Below are positions 1-9,817 of a stretch of DNA of 64,000 nt, one piece after another (position 1 is the stretch's first letter; every line of letters starts with the position of its first letter). Below the pieces are notes generated by a model, which saw only the letters and a program-made list of their open reading frames with translations, was not told where the DNA came from and did no database searches. The stretch is taken from the NCBI GenBank assembly GCA_964613305.1, contig CAZTII010000001.1:11990-75989 (forward strand), in the 5' to 3' direction. The position numbers and the translations under genes are program-made. The DNA is from an uncultured Erysipelotrichaceae bacterium. Its GTDB lineage: Bacteria; Bacillota_I; Bacilli_A; Erysipelotrichales; Erysipelotrichaceae.

Positions 1-1053
1 CGCATTGGTTAAATCACGTTGACTATAACTCATACCATTTACAGAAATGCTGTTTTCTTCACTTTGACTAGCCATTACGATACCACCTGGGCACATGCAG
101 AAAGTATACACTCCACGTCCATTTTTTGCAGTTTGTGCTAGACGATATTCGGCAGGTGGAAGTTGTGAAGCGAACTCTTTGTGTTGGGTTGTATTGACCC
201 ATGATTGTAAGTGTTCAATGCGTGCTCCAATCGCAAAGTCTTTTGGTTCCATTGTTAGTTGTTGGTTATATAATATGTGGTATGTATCACTTGCGCTATG
301 ACCAAGACATAATAGAACGCAGTCAGAATGAATTTCTTTATCATTGGCAATAATACCAATACAACGATTGTTGTTGATGAGTAGTGATTGCATTTTCGTA
401 TTAAATTGGAAAGAGCCACCTAAACGAATTATTTTTAGACGAATATTTTTAACGATTTCACGTAAAGCATCCGTTCCTACATGAGGATAGCTCTCATATC
501 GTATAGATGGATTAGCTCCAGCTTCAACTAATTCATCGATAATGACGTGGATGCGGTCATCTTTTATGCGAGTTGTAAGCTTCCCATCAGAAAAAGTGCC
601 TGCACCTCCTTCGCCATACAATACATTGGATTCTTTGTTTAGTTTACCGTATTGTAAAAACTGTTCAACGTCTTCAATACGATCTTCCATACTACTTCCA
701 CGTTCAATAATAATTGGTTTTAAACCAGCTTTTGCCATTGCTAGGGCGGCAAACATACCGGAAGGACCAAAGCCAACAACTAGTGGTTGAGTTGTAGGAT
801 TATTAACGATAATGTCTTCAACCTTTTTTTCTTCGTATAAACTTACATCTTTTAATTTAAGGTATTTATTTTCATTTAGTACGGTAACCGCAACACTATA
901 CACATAAAATGGTGTAGATTCACGGGCATCTAATGATTTTTTTACAATAGACCAAGAGTTAATATAAGAAGGTTTTGCTTGTATTTTTTTTGCGATAATT
1001 GCGGTATTTAATTCAACATCGATGGTGCAATGAATATTTTTTATTAGTATCAT
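1..1053 (-). CDS. FAD-dependent oxidoreductase (COG2509-like NAD(FAD)-utilizing dehydrogenase); C-terminal part lies beyond the window edge
   Basis: My own minus-strand translation from ATG 1053-1051 (SD GGGAGA upstream) gives MILIKNIHCTIDVELNTA.... It carries the dinucleotide-binding motif VVGFGPSGMFAA plus GEGGAGTFSDGKL and FCMCPGG, and stays open to position 1. It is absent from the ORF track because it is truncated. Confidence 0.8.
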   Translation of the reverse strand, partial: MILIKNIHCTIDVELNTAIIAKKIQAKPSYINSWSIVKKSLDARESTPFYVYSVAVTVLNENKYLKLKDVSLYEEKKVEDIIVNNPTTQPLVVGFGPSGMFAALAMAKAGLKPIIIERGSSMEDRIEDVEQFLQYGKLNKESNVLYGEGGAGTFSDGKLTTRIKDDRIHVIIDELVEAGANPSIRYESYPHVGTDALREIVKNIRLKIIRLGGSFQFNTKMQSLLINNNRCIGIIANDKEIHSDCVLLCLGHSASDTYHILYNQQLTMEPKDFAIGARIEHLQSWVNTTQHKEFASQLPPAEYRLAQTAKNGRGVYTFCMCPGGIVMASQSEENSISVNGMSYSQRDLTNA

Positions 1054-1361
1054 AGGTATCTCCCTCTAGTAAGATTATACAGTATAACATCATTTTCATG
1101 TATTAATTTATTTAAATTAAAAAAATGTTGTTATTTTATAAAAGGACAAGTAAAATGTGTTGTTAAGATGATTTTTAATTCACTTTTAAATTAAATTTAA
1201 ATATCAAATAAAGGTTAAAAAATAAATCAAAAAAATATATCATAATATTGTTTAAAAATGTATAATGTAATAAGGTAGTAACATTTATTAATTTAGTGTA
1301 AACTTCATAAAGGAGGTGGTACTATGGTAAATGGATTATTGAAACAGAATATATCGCAGCA

Positions 1362-3413
1362 TTGTTAATTGCAGTAATTTACGTGTACACTTATTTAGAC
1401 CGCAAAGTATCTTTACCTCGTAATATACAGTTTAGAAGAGTTGTTTTAATTGCTTTTTTAAATGTTTTATCAAGTATTTTAAGCGTATATTTTATTGTCC
1501 ATGCGAAAGAATTTCCACTTTTCCTTAATCATATTGTCCAAATAGTATTTTTTACCTTTACGAGTGTATCAGCGATGGGTATATTTTGTTACACCGTTAT
1601 TATCATTTATGATAATTTAAATCGACAGCCAGAAAGAGATATTGTACTAAAAGCGTATTATATTATCACGTTTGTCTTTGTTGTGTTAGTTTTTCTAAAC
1701 CCTTGGCTTAAAACTTTTTATTATTTTGATAACGACTATAATTATATCCGTGGTGATTATTCGTATATGTCATATTTCTTATATTTAGTATATATTGGCT
1801 TATTATCGGCTGTATATATGTATTTAAAAGATGCGATCGATAGTACCTTTAAACGGATGGCTCTTATTGGCATACCAACATCCTTTTTTCTTGTTTTAAT
1901 GCAATATTTAAATCCTGACGCTATATATTTTGGTACTGCAGTTGCTTTTGCGTTATTGATTGTTTTTATCACCCTTCAACAAAGTCAAATGAATGTTGAT
2001 ATATTAACTGGTGTTGGAAAACGCGCTGTTTTTACATATACTGTGCAACAATTGGTATTACAAAAAATATCATTTAGAATTATTATTATCGGTGTTGATG
2101 AAGTAAAAACGGTTAATTCGCGTTATGGATCGAATGTTGGTGATCGACTTTTTAAAAAAATTACATCGAGTTTACTTGAATTATTGAAAACATCGATGGT
2201 TTATCGAATTCGTAGTACTAGTTTTGCTTTAATTGTTTTAGAAGAAGATGAAGAAAAGTATCGTGAATTTCTTGAAAAAATAATTACTTTATTTACTAAT
2301 GATTGGGATTTAGTGGAATATCAAATTTCAATGTCTTTTAAAATCGTTGATTTATTTCATGAAAGTGGAAAAGAAACATTTTCTGAATTAATGGATAATT
2401 TTGAAAATATGGTTGAATTGTCTAAGATGCTTAAAGGTGAAAATTACATCCAATTTAATGATAGTATGAAAGAAGCGAGTAAAAGAAAAGAATTTATTGT
2501 TGAGTTGGTGCGATTTTCTATTCGCGCTAAGCGCTTTAAAATTGTGTTTCAACCGATTTATAATTGCAATGCAAATGATTTTTTAGGATGTGAAGTATTA
2601 TTACGTTTAAATGATTATAGTGGGAAAGCTATTTCTCCTTCAGAGTTTATTGAAGTTGCGGAACAATATAATTTAATATCGGATGTTGGTTGGATTGTAA
2701 TTGAAAAAGTTTGTCAATTTTTAGTGAAAAATCAAACATTTGATAAATATATTACGATTAATATAGCTCCTCAACATTTTTTAAAAAATGATTTTTTACA
2801 TCGTTTTTTTGAAATGTTAGATACGTATCAAATTAATTATCATCAGATTAAATTAGAGATTACGGAACGTTTCTTATTGTGGGATTTTGATTTAACGATG
2901 AGTTATTTAAGAGCATTAAATCGTCGTGGTATTGGTGTTTTATTAGATGATTTTGGTTCTGGGTATTCTAATATGTTTATGATTAATAAGTTTTGTTTGG
3001 AATGTATTAAATTTGATGGCTCTTTAATTACTGATGTTGTAAGTAGTGAAAAAACTCAAATAATATTAAAAGCTTTTATTGATGGAATTCGTCAATCAGG
3101 TTCTAAGGTTTTAATTGAAGGTGTTGAAACAGAAGAACAAGCACAGTTATTGAAAAGCATGGGTGTTGATTATATTCAAGGATACTATTATGCAAGACCT
3201 TTAAAAGAAGATGATTTGTTGAAATTCTTAAAAAAACTAGCGTTAGCTAGTTTTTATCATTATTTGCTTTCTTTTCTAAAGCACATAAACCAATCAAGGC
3301 AATATGTGTTTTCGTCTTGTGTTTGCATTCTTTCTTTTGCTACACCACATGAACCAGCTGTTGGAACGATTACATCTTGTCCTTCGCGCCAGTCAGCAGG
3401 AGTTGCACAATGA
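1362..3413 (+). CDS. Membrane protein with degenerate GGDEF domain and intact EAL domain (c-di-GMP phosphodiesterase type); both ends of the reading frame look anomalous
   Basis: Six or so N-terminal TM helices. The GGDEF-like domain has RSTSF where GGDEF is expected. EAL motifs are present: CEVLLRL, EITERF, DDFGSGYSN, EGVETEEQ, QGYYYARP. It is a paralog of 46085..48067. A strong SD+ATG at 1311-1326 is out of frame, and the 3' tail reads through a terminator hairpin (see findings). Confidence 0.75.
   Translation: MLIAVIYVYTYLDRKVSLPRNIQFRRVVLIAFLNVLSSILSVYFIVHAKEFPLFLNHIVQIVFFTFTSVSAMGIFCYTVIIIYDNLNRQPERDIVLKAYYIITFVFVVLVFLNPWLKTFYYFDNDYNYIRGDYSYMSYFLYLVYIGLLSAVYMYLKDAIDSTFKRMALIGIPTSFFLVLMQYLNPDAIYFGTAVAFALLIVFITLQQSQMNVDILTGVGKRAVFTYTVQQLVLQKISFRIIIIGVDEVKTVNSRYGSNVGDRLFKKITSSLLELLKTSMVYRIRSTSFALIVLEEDEEKYREFLEKIITLFTNDWDLVEYQISMSFKIVDLFHESGKETFSELMDNFENMVELSKMLKGENYIQFNDSMKEASKRKEFIVELVRFSIRAKRFKIVFQPIYNCNANDFLGCEVLLRLNDYSGKAISPSEFIEVAEQYNLISDVGWIVIEKVCQFLVKNQTFDKYITINIAPQHFLKNDFLHRFFEMLDTYQINYHQIKLEITERFLLWDFDLTMSYLRALNRRGIGVLLDDFGSGYSNMFMINKFCLECIKFDGSLITDVVSSEKTQIILKAFIDGIRQSGSKVLIEGVETEEQAQLLKSMGVDYIQGYYYARPLKEDDLLKFLKKLALASFYHYLLSFLKHINQSRQYVFSSCVCILSFATPHEPAVGTITSCPSRQSAGVAQ
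3230..3255. terminator. Bidirectional rho-independent terminator between convergent genes
   Basis: A7 run, stem AAACTAGC (3234-3241), loop GTTA, stem GCTAGTTT (3246-3253), then a T run. A and T runs on the two sides fit termination on both strands. Confidence 0.7.
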
Positions 3414-3931
3414 TCTTTATCAGCTTTTTGTAAAGCGATGATAATACGTTTGATTTCATCAAAGTTTCTTCCAGTTGATAATGGGTAGTATAGAATTGTA
3501 CGTACGATTCCTTCAGGGTCAATTACAAATACCGCACGAACTGCTTGCGTTGTTGATTGACTTGGTTGAATCATTCCATATTGTTTTGAAACATCCATCG
3601 TAATGTCTTCGATTAATGGGAAAGTAATTTCAATATTCTTTTTACCATTCCATTCTAATTCATGGATTTTTCTTAACCATGCGATATGAGCATAAAGTGA
3701 ATCAACAGATAGTCCTACTAGTTCAGTATTTAATGCTTTAAATTCATCAATCATTGAGCCGAAAGTCATAAATTCAGTTGTACAAACAGGTGTGAAATCT
3801 GCAGGGTGTGAGAAGAAGATTACCCATTTGCCAGCGTAATCAGCTGGGAAGTTGATAGTTCCTTGTGTTGTCTTTGCAGTGAAGCTTGGGGCTAAATCGC
3901 CAATTAACGGCATTTTGTTTACATTTTCCAT
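3260..3931 (-). CDS. Peroxiredoxin (1-Cys/Prx6-like thiol peroxidase)
   Basis: Motif FFSHPADFTPVCTTEF. The start is placed at MENVNKMPLIGD (ATG 3931) behind GAAAGGAA rather than at the track start 3982. Confidence 0.85.
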   Translation of the reverse strand: MENVNKMPLIGDLAPSFTAKTTQGTINFPADYAGKWVIFFSHPADFTPVCTTEFMTFGSMIDEFKALNTELVGLSVDSLYAHIAWLRKIHELEWNGKKNIEITFPLIEDITMDVSKQYGMIQPSQSTTQAVRAVFVIDPEGIVRTILYYPLSTGRNFDEIKRIIIALQKADKDHCATPADWREGQDVIVPTAGSCGVAKERMQTQDENTYCLDWFMCFRKESK

Positions 3932-4073
3932 AGTGTGTAAGTTCCTTTCTTGAATTACTAACTTAATGATAATCATTTTCAATAAAAAAGACAGTAACTA
4001 AGTCACATACAGTTAAAGTGTTTTAAAAAATACTATTTATGGTATAGTAATAGCATAGATGGAGGTGTTTATA

Positions 4074-5594
4074 TTGCAGTGGCTTAAAAATAGTGGCCTT
4101 GAACAAATTATTATTGATTCAATTAAGTCGGTTTTGCCGGTTTATATAATCATTACATTACTGTCGATAGCGTTTATACCGTTATCAAGTCATGTGTATT
4201 TTACATTGCACATTGGAACGTTATTTGTTGTTGCCGGACTAGTCTTTTTTTCTTTAGGAACGGATAGCGCGATGACACCAATCGGTGAAGGTATTGGTAG
4301 TTTGATTGCTCATAGCGATAAAAAATGGTTTATTGTTCTAGTATCGCTTATCATTGGTTTTTCTTGTGCACTAGCAGAACCAAATATTATTTTATTGACG
4401 AAACAGTTTCCTAGTTTGGATAGTAAAATGTTAGTGTTTTTAATTTCAAGTGCAGTTGGTATCTTTGTGATGATTGCGGTTGTAAGAATTTATTTAAAGA
4501 TTAAACTACGTACGATATTTTTGGTTTGTTACACAATGATTATGGTGCTTGCTTTATTAGTAGAACCGCACTTTTTATCGGCAGCTCTAGATTCTGGAGG
4601 AGTTATTACAGGTCCAGTGGTCGTTCCGTTTTTAATGGCAATTGGCGTTGGTTTGTCAAAAAATCGTAGCGATGATGATGCTGAAGATGATGTATTTGGT
4701 TTTGTTGGTTTAAGTGCGTTAGGACCAATGTTATCGGTATTGATTGTTGGTGTAATTGCAAAACCTAAACAAGCACCGATTGACATGTTTACACTTCAAC
4801 ATGGTGATAATACAAAACAATTATTTTCTTTCTTTTATCAGGCAATACCGCAGTACGGTAAAGAAATTGCGAGTGCTTTGTTGCCGTTGTGTATTTTCTT
4901 TGCTTTGTTTCAATGCAGTAAACAGCGTTTTGATAAGGAGAGAATGATGCAAGTGTGGGTTGGTTTATTGTATACTTGGATTGGTTTAGTTCTTTTTCTA
5001 TGTGGTGTGTATGTAGGGTATATGCCAGTTGGTCATCAAGTTGGAATGCAGATTGGGTTAAGCAATCACGCATGGTTAATGATTCCAATCGGGATGCTGC
5101 TTGCTTATTTTATTGTTCTTGCCGAACCGGGTGTATATGTGCTAAACAAACAAGTATCGACAGTAACTGCTGATGCGATTCCAAAATCGGTATTGTCACT
5201 TTGTTTGTCGCTAGGGATAAGCATATCCATTGGATTGGCTTTATTGCGTATTATGTTTGATATTCCTTTATTAGTAATTATATTGCCGATTTTAATTGTT
5301 TCATTGATACTCAGTTTTTTTGTTCCACCACTGTTTACAGCGATTGCTTTTGATTCTGGAGGTGTTGCTTCAGGACCGATGAGTGCAGCATTCTTAATGC
5401 CATTAGCGATGGGTTTTTGTAGCTCGTTTAATAAAGACATCGCTACCTTTGCATTTGGATTAGTTGCCTTAGTTGCGATAGCACCTCTTGCAACCATTCA
5501 AGTTGTCGGCTTTATTGTTTCTATGAAGCAAAAGAAAATACATGAAAGTAAAAAAGTAGAGGAGGAAATAATATACTGTGGTCACTCTGAATAA
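4074..5594 (+). CDS. Polytopic membrane protein with two internal repeats, DUF1538-like
   Basis: The repeated motif DSGGVITGPVVVPFLMAIGVG / DSGGVASGPMSAAFLMPLAMG occurs once in each half, with many TM helices. An in-frame TTG at 4074 sits 6 nt after GGAGGTG; the track start is ATG 4059. The family name is from memory. Confidence 0.7.
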   Translation: MQWLKNSGLEQIIIDSIKSVLPVYIIITLLSIAFIPLSSHVYFTLHIGTLFVVAGLVFFSLGTDSAMTPIGEGIGSLIAHSDKKWFIVLVSLIIGFSCALAEPNIILLTKQFPSLDSKMLVFLISSAVGIFVMIAVVRIYLKIKLRTIFLVCYTMIMVLALLVEPHFLSAALDSGGVITGPVVVPFLMAIGVGLSKNRSDDDAEDDVFGFVGLSALGPMLSVLIVGVIAKPKQAPIDMFTLQHGDNTKQLFSFFYQAIPQYGKEIASALLPLCIFFALFQCSKQRFDKERMMQVWVGLLYTWIGLVLFLCGVYVGYMPVGHQVGMQIGLSNHAWLMIPIGMLLAYFIVLAEPGVYVLNKQVSTVTADAIPKSVLSLCLSLGISISIGLALLRIMFDIPLLVIILPILIVSLILSFFVPPLFTAIAFDSGGVASGPMSAAFLMPLAMGFCSSFNKDIATFAFGLVALVAIAPLATIQVVGFIVSMKQKKIHESKKVEEEIIYCGHSE

Positions 5595-6261
5595 TGAAAT
5601 GTTATATTTAATTACTATTTGTAATCGTGATTGTATGGAGAAGGCGATTAATTGTTTTAAAGAAGAAGAAATTCCAGTTGTATTTGCGAATTTATGTAGC
5701 GGTACTGCTAGTAGTCGTTTATTGAACGTTTTAGGGCTACAATCGAAGCCGAAAGTAATGATGGCGTGTGTTGTATCAAAAGAGAATGAAAACATTGCGC
5801 TTAGACGTTTAAATCGTGATTTAAACTTAAGTAGTGATAATACTGGTATTGCTTTTAGTATTAATGTTGCTAGTTTTGCCGGTGCTTCGGTATTGAAATA
5901 TGTTTCTTCAACTAAAAAAGAAGAGAAAGGAATAGTACAGATGAATAAAAATGAATACACGATGGTTGTTTCGATTGTTGACAAGGGTCATACGAGCAAT
6001 GTTATTAACATAGCGAAAGAAGTAGGATACAGCTCAGGTACAATCGTTCATGGAAAAGCAATAGAGACCAAGACGAATATGAAAGCTTTTGGAATTAGTG
6101 TAAGCGACGAAAAAGAAATAGTATATTTTGTTATTAAAAAAGAAGATCAAGAACAGTTTTTGAATAAAATTATGGAAAAATGTAGCTTTCACTCTAATGA
6201 CCATGCCATATCTTTTACGATACCAATTGAGTCAGTAGTTGGTCTTAAAGAGTTATTTTAG
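5578..6261 (+). CDS. Tandem P-II-like signal transduction protein (two P-II-type domains)
   Basis: Two similar halves of about 105 aa (LYLITICNRD...EEEIPVV..., YTMVVSIVDKGH...AKEVGYSSGTIVHGKA). GTG start behind GAGGAGGAAA. It overlaps the upstream membrane gene by 17 nt. Confidence 0.6.
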   Translation: MVTLNNEMLYLITICNRDCMEKAINCFKEEEIPVVFANLCSGTASSRLLNVLGLQSKPKVMMACVVSKENENIALRRLNRDLNLSSDNTGIAFSINVASFAGASVLKYVSSTKKEEKGIVQMNKNEYTMVVSIVDKGHTSNVINIAKEVGYSSGTIVHGKAIETKTNMKAFGISVSDEKEIVYFVIKKEDQEQFLNKIMEKCSFHSNDHAISFTIPIESVVGLKELF

Positions 6262-6316
6262 TTGCAAGGATGCCTAATTCTATGGTAAATTAGCAATAGA
6301 AATTAGGAGAAAACGT

Positions 6317-6835
6317 ATGTTTAAGGATCTAAAGGCACAAATTGAACACATAAAAAGTAGTGATCCAGCCGCAAGAAGTACTTTTGAGATACTTTTATTG
6401 TATCCGAGTGTTCATGCGATTGCTTGGTATCGAGTTGCTCACTTATTTTATAACTTTCGGTTATTTACAATTGCACGTATATTATCGCAATTAGCTCGTT
6501 TTTTTACGGGAATTGAAATACATCCGGGAGCGACAATTGGTATTGGTTTGTTTATTGATCATGGGATGGGGGTTGTTATTGGCGAAACAGCTGTCATTGG
6601 TGATTACGTTCAACTCTTTCATGGGACGACTCTTGGCGGTAGAGAGAACGTAAAAGGAAAACGCCATCCAACGTTACATGATCATGTTGTTGTTGGTGCT
6701 GGCGCTAAAGTGTTAGGAAATATTACGCTTGGTTCGTATAGCAAAGTAGGGTCAAATGCAGTTGTGTTAGTTGATGTTCCAGCTTATGCAACAGCGGTAG
6801 GAATTCCTGCTAGAATTATTACTAAGGTTGATTAA
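6317..6835 (+). CDS. cysE: Serine O-acetyltransferase
   Basis: N-terminal SATase helix region ([27 protein letters not shown]) followed by hexapeptide repeats ([30 protein letters not shown]). Confidence 0.9.
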   Translation: MFKDLKAQIEHIKSSDPAARSTFEILLLYPSVHAIAWYRVAHLFYNFRLFTIARILSQLARFFTGIEIHPGATIGIGLFIDHGMGVVIGETAVIGDYVQLFHGTTLGGRENVKGKRHPTLHDHVVVGAGAKVLGNITLGSYSKVGSNAVVLVDVPAYATAVGIPARIITKVD

Positions 6836-7752
6836 TCAAATAAGTCTGTCGATAAATATCGTTCACCTGTATCAGGTAGTATCACAACGATATTTTTATT
6901 TTGGTTTTCTTTTAATGCGGCTATTTTAATTGCTCCGCACAATGCAGCTCCACTAGAAATACCACATAAAACACCTTCAGTTTTAGCTAGTAAGCGCGTA
7001 TATTGTTTCGCTTCGTTCGTGCTTATACATAAGATGTTATCGATATAATGTTGGTCTAAGATGCTTGGACAAAAACCAGCACCGATTCCTTGGATACCAT
7101 GACTTCCTTTTTCTTGTTTTGTTAAAAAAGGTGACTCAAGCGGTTCAACACCAATAATCTTAATTGTTGGAAAGTGTTGCTTTAATGTTTTTGCGCAGCC
7201 AGTAATTGTTCCACCAGTTCCAATTCCAGCAACAAAGAAATCAAGAGTACTAAAATCAGCAATAATTTCTTGAGAAGTTGTCTTAACATGGGCTTGGGTA
7301 TTAGCGTTGTTGTCAAATTGTGATGGGATATAAGAGTTTGATATTGCTTTTTGTAATTCTTTAGCAGTATCGATTGCTCCTTGCATTGCTTGTTTTCCAT
7401 CAGATAATACGACTTTAGCGCCGTAAGCTTTCATCAATTTTTGTCGTTCAATCGACATCGTATCTGGCATAACGATAATGCATGGTAAATCCATAACAGC
7501 ACAAGCCATGGCTAGTCCAATACCAGTGTTACCGCTAGTTGGTTCGATAATTGTCGTTGAATCATTAATGGTATTATTGTTGATGGCATCTTGTAACATA
7601 GAAAGAGCTACACGATCTTTAATGCTTCCACCGGGGTTAAATGATTCAACTTTTATAAATATGTTAGCGTGTAACTGAAGTTTCTTTTTAAGGCGATGAC
7701 ACGCTACAATTGGCGTGTTAGCAATAGTATCTATAATTGAATTGTAAATCAT
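6832..7752 (-). CDS. cysK: Cysteine synthase A (O-acetylserine sulfhydrylase)
   Basis: PLP-enzyme motifs: [29 protein letters not shown]. Convergent with cysE, with a 4-nt overlap. Confidence 0.9.
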   Translation of the reverse strand: MIYNSIIDTIANTPIVACHRLKKKLQLHANIFIKVESFNPGGSIKDRVALSMLQDAINNNTINDSTTIIEPTSGNTGIGLAMACAVMDLPCIIVMPDTMSIERQKLMKAYGAKVVLSDGKQAMQGAIDTAKELQKAISNSYIPSQFDNNANTQAHVKTTSQEIIADFSTLDFFVAGIGTGGTITGCAKTLKQHFPTIKIIGVEPLESPFLTKQEKGSHGIQGIGAGFCPSILDQHYIDNILCISTNEAKQYTRLLAKTEGVLCGISSGAALCGAIKIAALKENQNKNIVVILPDTGERYLSTDLFD

Positions 7753-8022
7753 AACATTCCTCTTTTCTGTTGTTTAATTATGACTAGATTTTCCCTTAGA
7801 TAAAACAAAGGGCTTTATAGCTTGTTTGATAATATACATTATTGATACTAATACATTATATACCAACATTGAAATGAATGACGAGAGAAATTATATGTTG
7901 GTGTACTAGTTAAAAAGATTATCAAATAATTTTATAGTTTTCGTTTATACAATTGTATGCTATTCTTAGGTTTTTTTTGCTACTGAACTATGATACAATA
8001 CTTATGAATATGGAGGTTTTAT

Positions 8023-8913
8023 ATGAAAGGAATTATACTTGCCGGTGGTAGTGGAACGAGATTGTATCCTCTTACGAAGGTTACATCAAAACAATTACTG
8101 CCAATTTATGATAAGCCAATGATTTATTATCCGCTTAGTACATTGATGCTTGCGGGCATTCGTGAAATATTAATTATTTCTACGCCGCATGATTTACCTA
8201 ATTTTGAGCGTTTATTAGGTGATGGTTCACAATTTGGAATTACACTTAGCTATAAAGTTCAAGAGATTCCTAATGGCTTAGCACAAGCATTTGTTCTTGG
8301 TGAAGAATTTATTGGAAATGATGATGTTTGTATGGTGTTAGGTGATAATATTTTTTATGGAAATAATTTCTCGCAAATGTTAAAGAAAGCAGTTGCTAAT
8401 AAAGGAAGAGCAACTATTTTTGGTCAATATGTTCATGATCCAGAACGTTTTGGTGTAGCGGAATTTGATGATACTGGAAAAGTTTTAACGTTGGAGGAGA
8501 AACCAACAAATCCGAAGAGTAATTATGCGGTTGTAGGATTGTATTTTTATGATAATAGGGTCATCGAATATGCTAAAAATCTGAAACCATCTTCTCGAGG
8601 AGAATATGAAATTACCGATTTAAATAAAATATATTTAGAAAATGAACAATTGGATTGTATAATGTTTGGCCGTGGTTTTGCCTGGCTTGATACAGGAACG
8701 ATAGAATCACTTGCTCAAGCATCAAATTATGTTAAAACAATTGAAGATGTACAAGGGATAAAAATATCAGTTCCAGAGGAAATTGCATATTATAATCACT
8801 GGATTAATGAAGAAGAACTATTAGCTGCCGCTAATAATTACGGAAAAAGTAATTATGGTGAACATTTAAGAATGGTAGCTAAGGGTACTTATCATACATC
8901 ATATAGTAAGTAG
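8023..8913 (+). CDS. rfbA: Glucose-1-phosphate thymidylyltransferase
   Basis: [39 protein letters not shown] is the classic RmlA N-terminus. Confidence 0.92.
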   Translation: MKGIILAGGSGTRLYPLTKVTSKQLLPIYDKPMIYYPLSTLMLAGIREILIISTPHDLPNFERLLGDGSQFGITLSYKVQEIPNGLAQAFVLGEEFIGNDDVCMVLGDNIFYGNNFSQMLKKAVANKGRATIFGQYVHDPERFGVAEFDDTGKVLTLEEKPTNPKSNYAVVGLYFYDNRVIEYAKNLKPSSRGEYEITDLNKIYLENEQLDCIMFGRGFAWLDTGTIESLAQASNYVKTIEDVQGIKISVPEEIAYYNHWINEEELLAAANNYGKSNYGEHLRMVAKGTYHTSYSK

Positions 8914-8914
8914 T

Positions 8915-9817
8915 ATGAAAGGTATACTATTTCTAGGGTGTGGCTATTTAGGATTTAATTGGAGTGAGGGCTTAAAATCATCGTTTCCGGTAAAAGTATG
9001 GGGATTACCTAGTCCATATAGTAAAAAATCAACATGTTTTACAGAAATAGATTGTTTTGATGTTCGTCAATGGGAAATGATGGATATAGAAGACTATGTT
9101 GTCATTGACACGATTACTCTTCTTGGTAATAATGCTACATCGAATAATGAAGAGAATACTCTTGATACAATTAATCAGAAATATATTGAACTTTTTAAGC
9201 AGTTTAAGAAAAGTAACATCAAACAGTATTTCTTCGTTTCAAGCGGAGGAACGTTGTATGGTGATAGTGAGAGTGCGTTTAATGAAGAAAGTGTTACTAA
9301 GCCAAAGACTTTATATGCTAAAAGCAAAGAACTTTTAGAAAAAACGTTAATGTCTTCAGGACTTAATTATTGTATTATGCGTCTTAGTAATCCTTATGGT
9401 GGATATCAAGTGACGGATAAAAAACAAGGTGTTATCCCGATTCTTATTGAAAAAGCGTTGAATAATGAGCACTTTCAAATGTGGGGACGATGTGATACTG
9501 TTCGAGATTATATTTATATTACAGATACTATTGAAATTATTAAACGATTAATTCAATTGAATACCCAAAATATAGTTGTAAATGTAGGGTCAGGACTTGG
9601 AGTTAGCTTAGAAGAAGTAATTCATCTTGTAGAACGTCATTGTCACTGTGATGTGATAATTGATATGGTAGAAAGTGATGTAGAAATCATCCAAAAGGTA
9701 GTATTGGATGTTTCTAAACTCACTTCGATTATTAAATTTTCGTGTTTAATAACAATTGATGAAGGAATAAAAAAAGAAGTGAATCGTATTATGGAGGAAA
9801 GAAAATGCATATATTAG
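8915..9817 (+). CDS. Extended SDR (NAD-dependent epimerase/reductase family), candidate dTDP-4-keto-6-deoxyhexose reductase
   Basis: GCGYLG nucleotide-binding loop, SSGGTLYG, catalytic YAKSK, RLSNPYG. Located between rmlA and rmlB. The substrate assignment is inference only. Confidence 0.65.
   Translation: MKGILFLGCGYLGFNWSEGLKSSFPVKVWGLPSPYSKKSTCFTEIDCFDVRQWEMMDIEDYVVIDTITLLGNNATSNNEENTLDTINQKYIELFKQFKKSNIKQYFFVSSGGTLYGDSESAFNEESVTKPKTLYAKSKELLEKTLMSSGLNYCIMRLSNPYGGYQVTDKKQGVIPILIEKALNNEHFQMWGRCDTVRDYIYITDTIEIIKRLIQLNTQNIVVNVGSGLGVSLEEVIHLVERHCHCDVIIDMVESDVEIIQKVVLDVSKLTSIIKFSCLITIDEGIKKEVNRIMEERKCIY

Noticed and set aside
95-790. Plus-strand ORFs 95..301 and 542..790
   Set aside because: They are antisense to the clearly coding FAD-oxidoreductase frame (1..1053, minus strand), which carries recognisable motifs.
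4529-5984. Minus-strand and alternate-frame ORFs 4529..4786, 4756..4947, 4789..5088, 4955..5173, 5105..5497, 5469..5984
   Set aside because: All are nested inside the DUF1538-like and P-II genes. They have no SDs and give low-complexity translations, as is typical for shadow ORFs.
7753-8022. Possible Cys T-box or other riboswitch in the 270-nt cysK/rfbA divergent region
   Set aside because: There is no GGTGGTACCGCG core, no AGAGA/distal-loop blocks, and no terminator/antiterminator pair. Only short AT-rich inverted repeats are present (for example CCAACAT 7863-7869 / ATGTTGG 7896-7902), and these could arise by chance.
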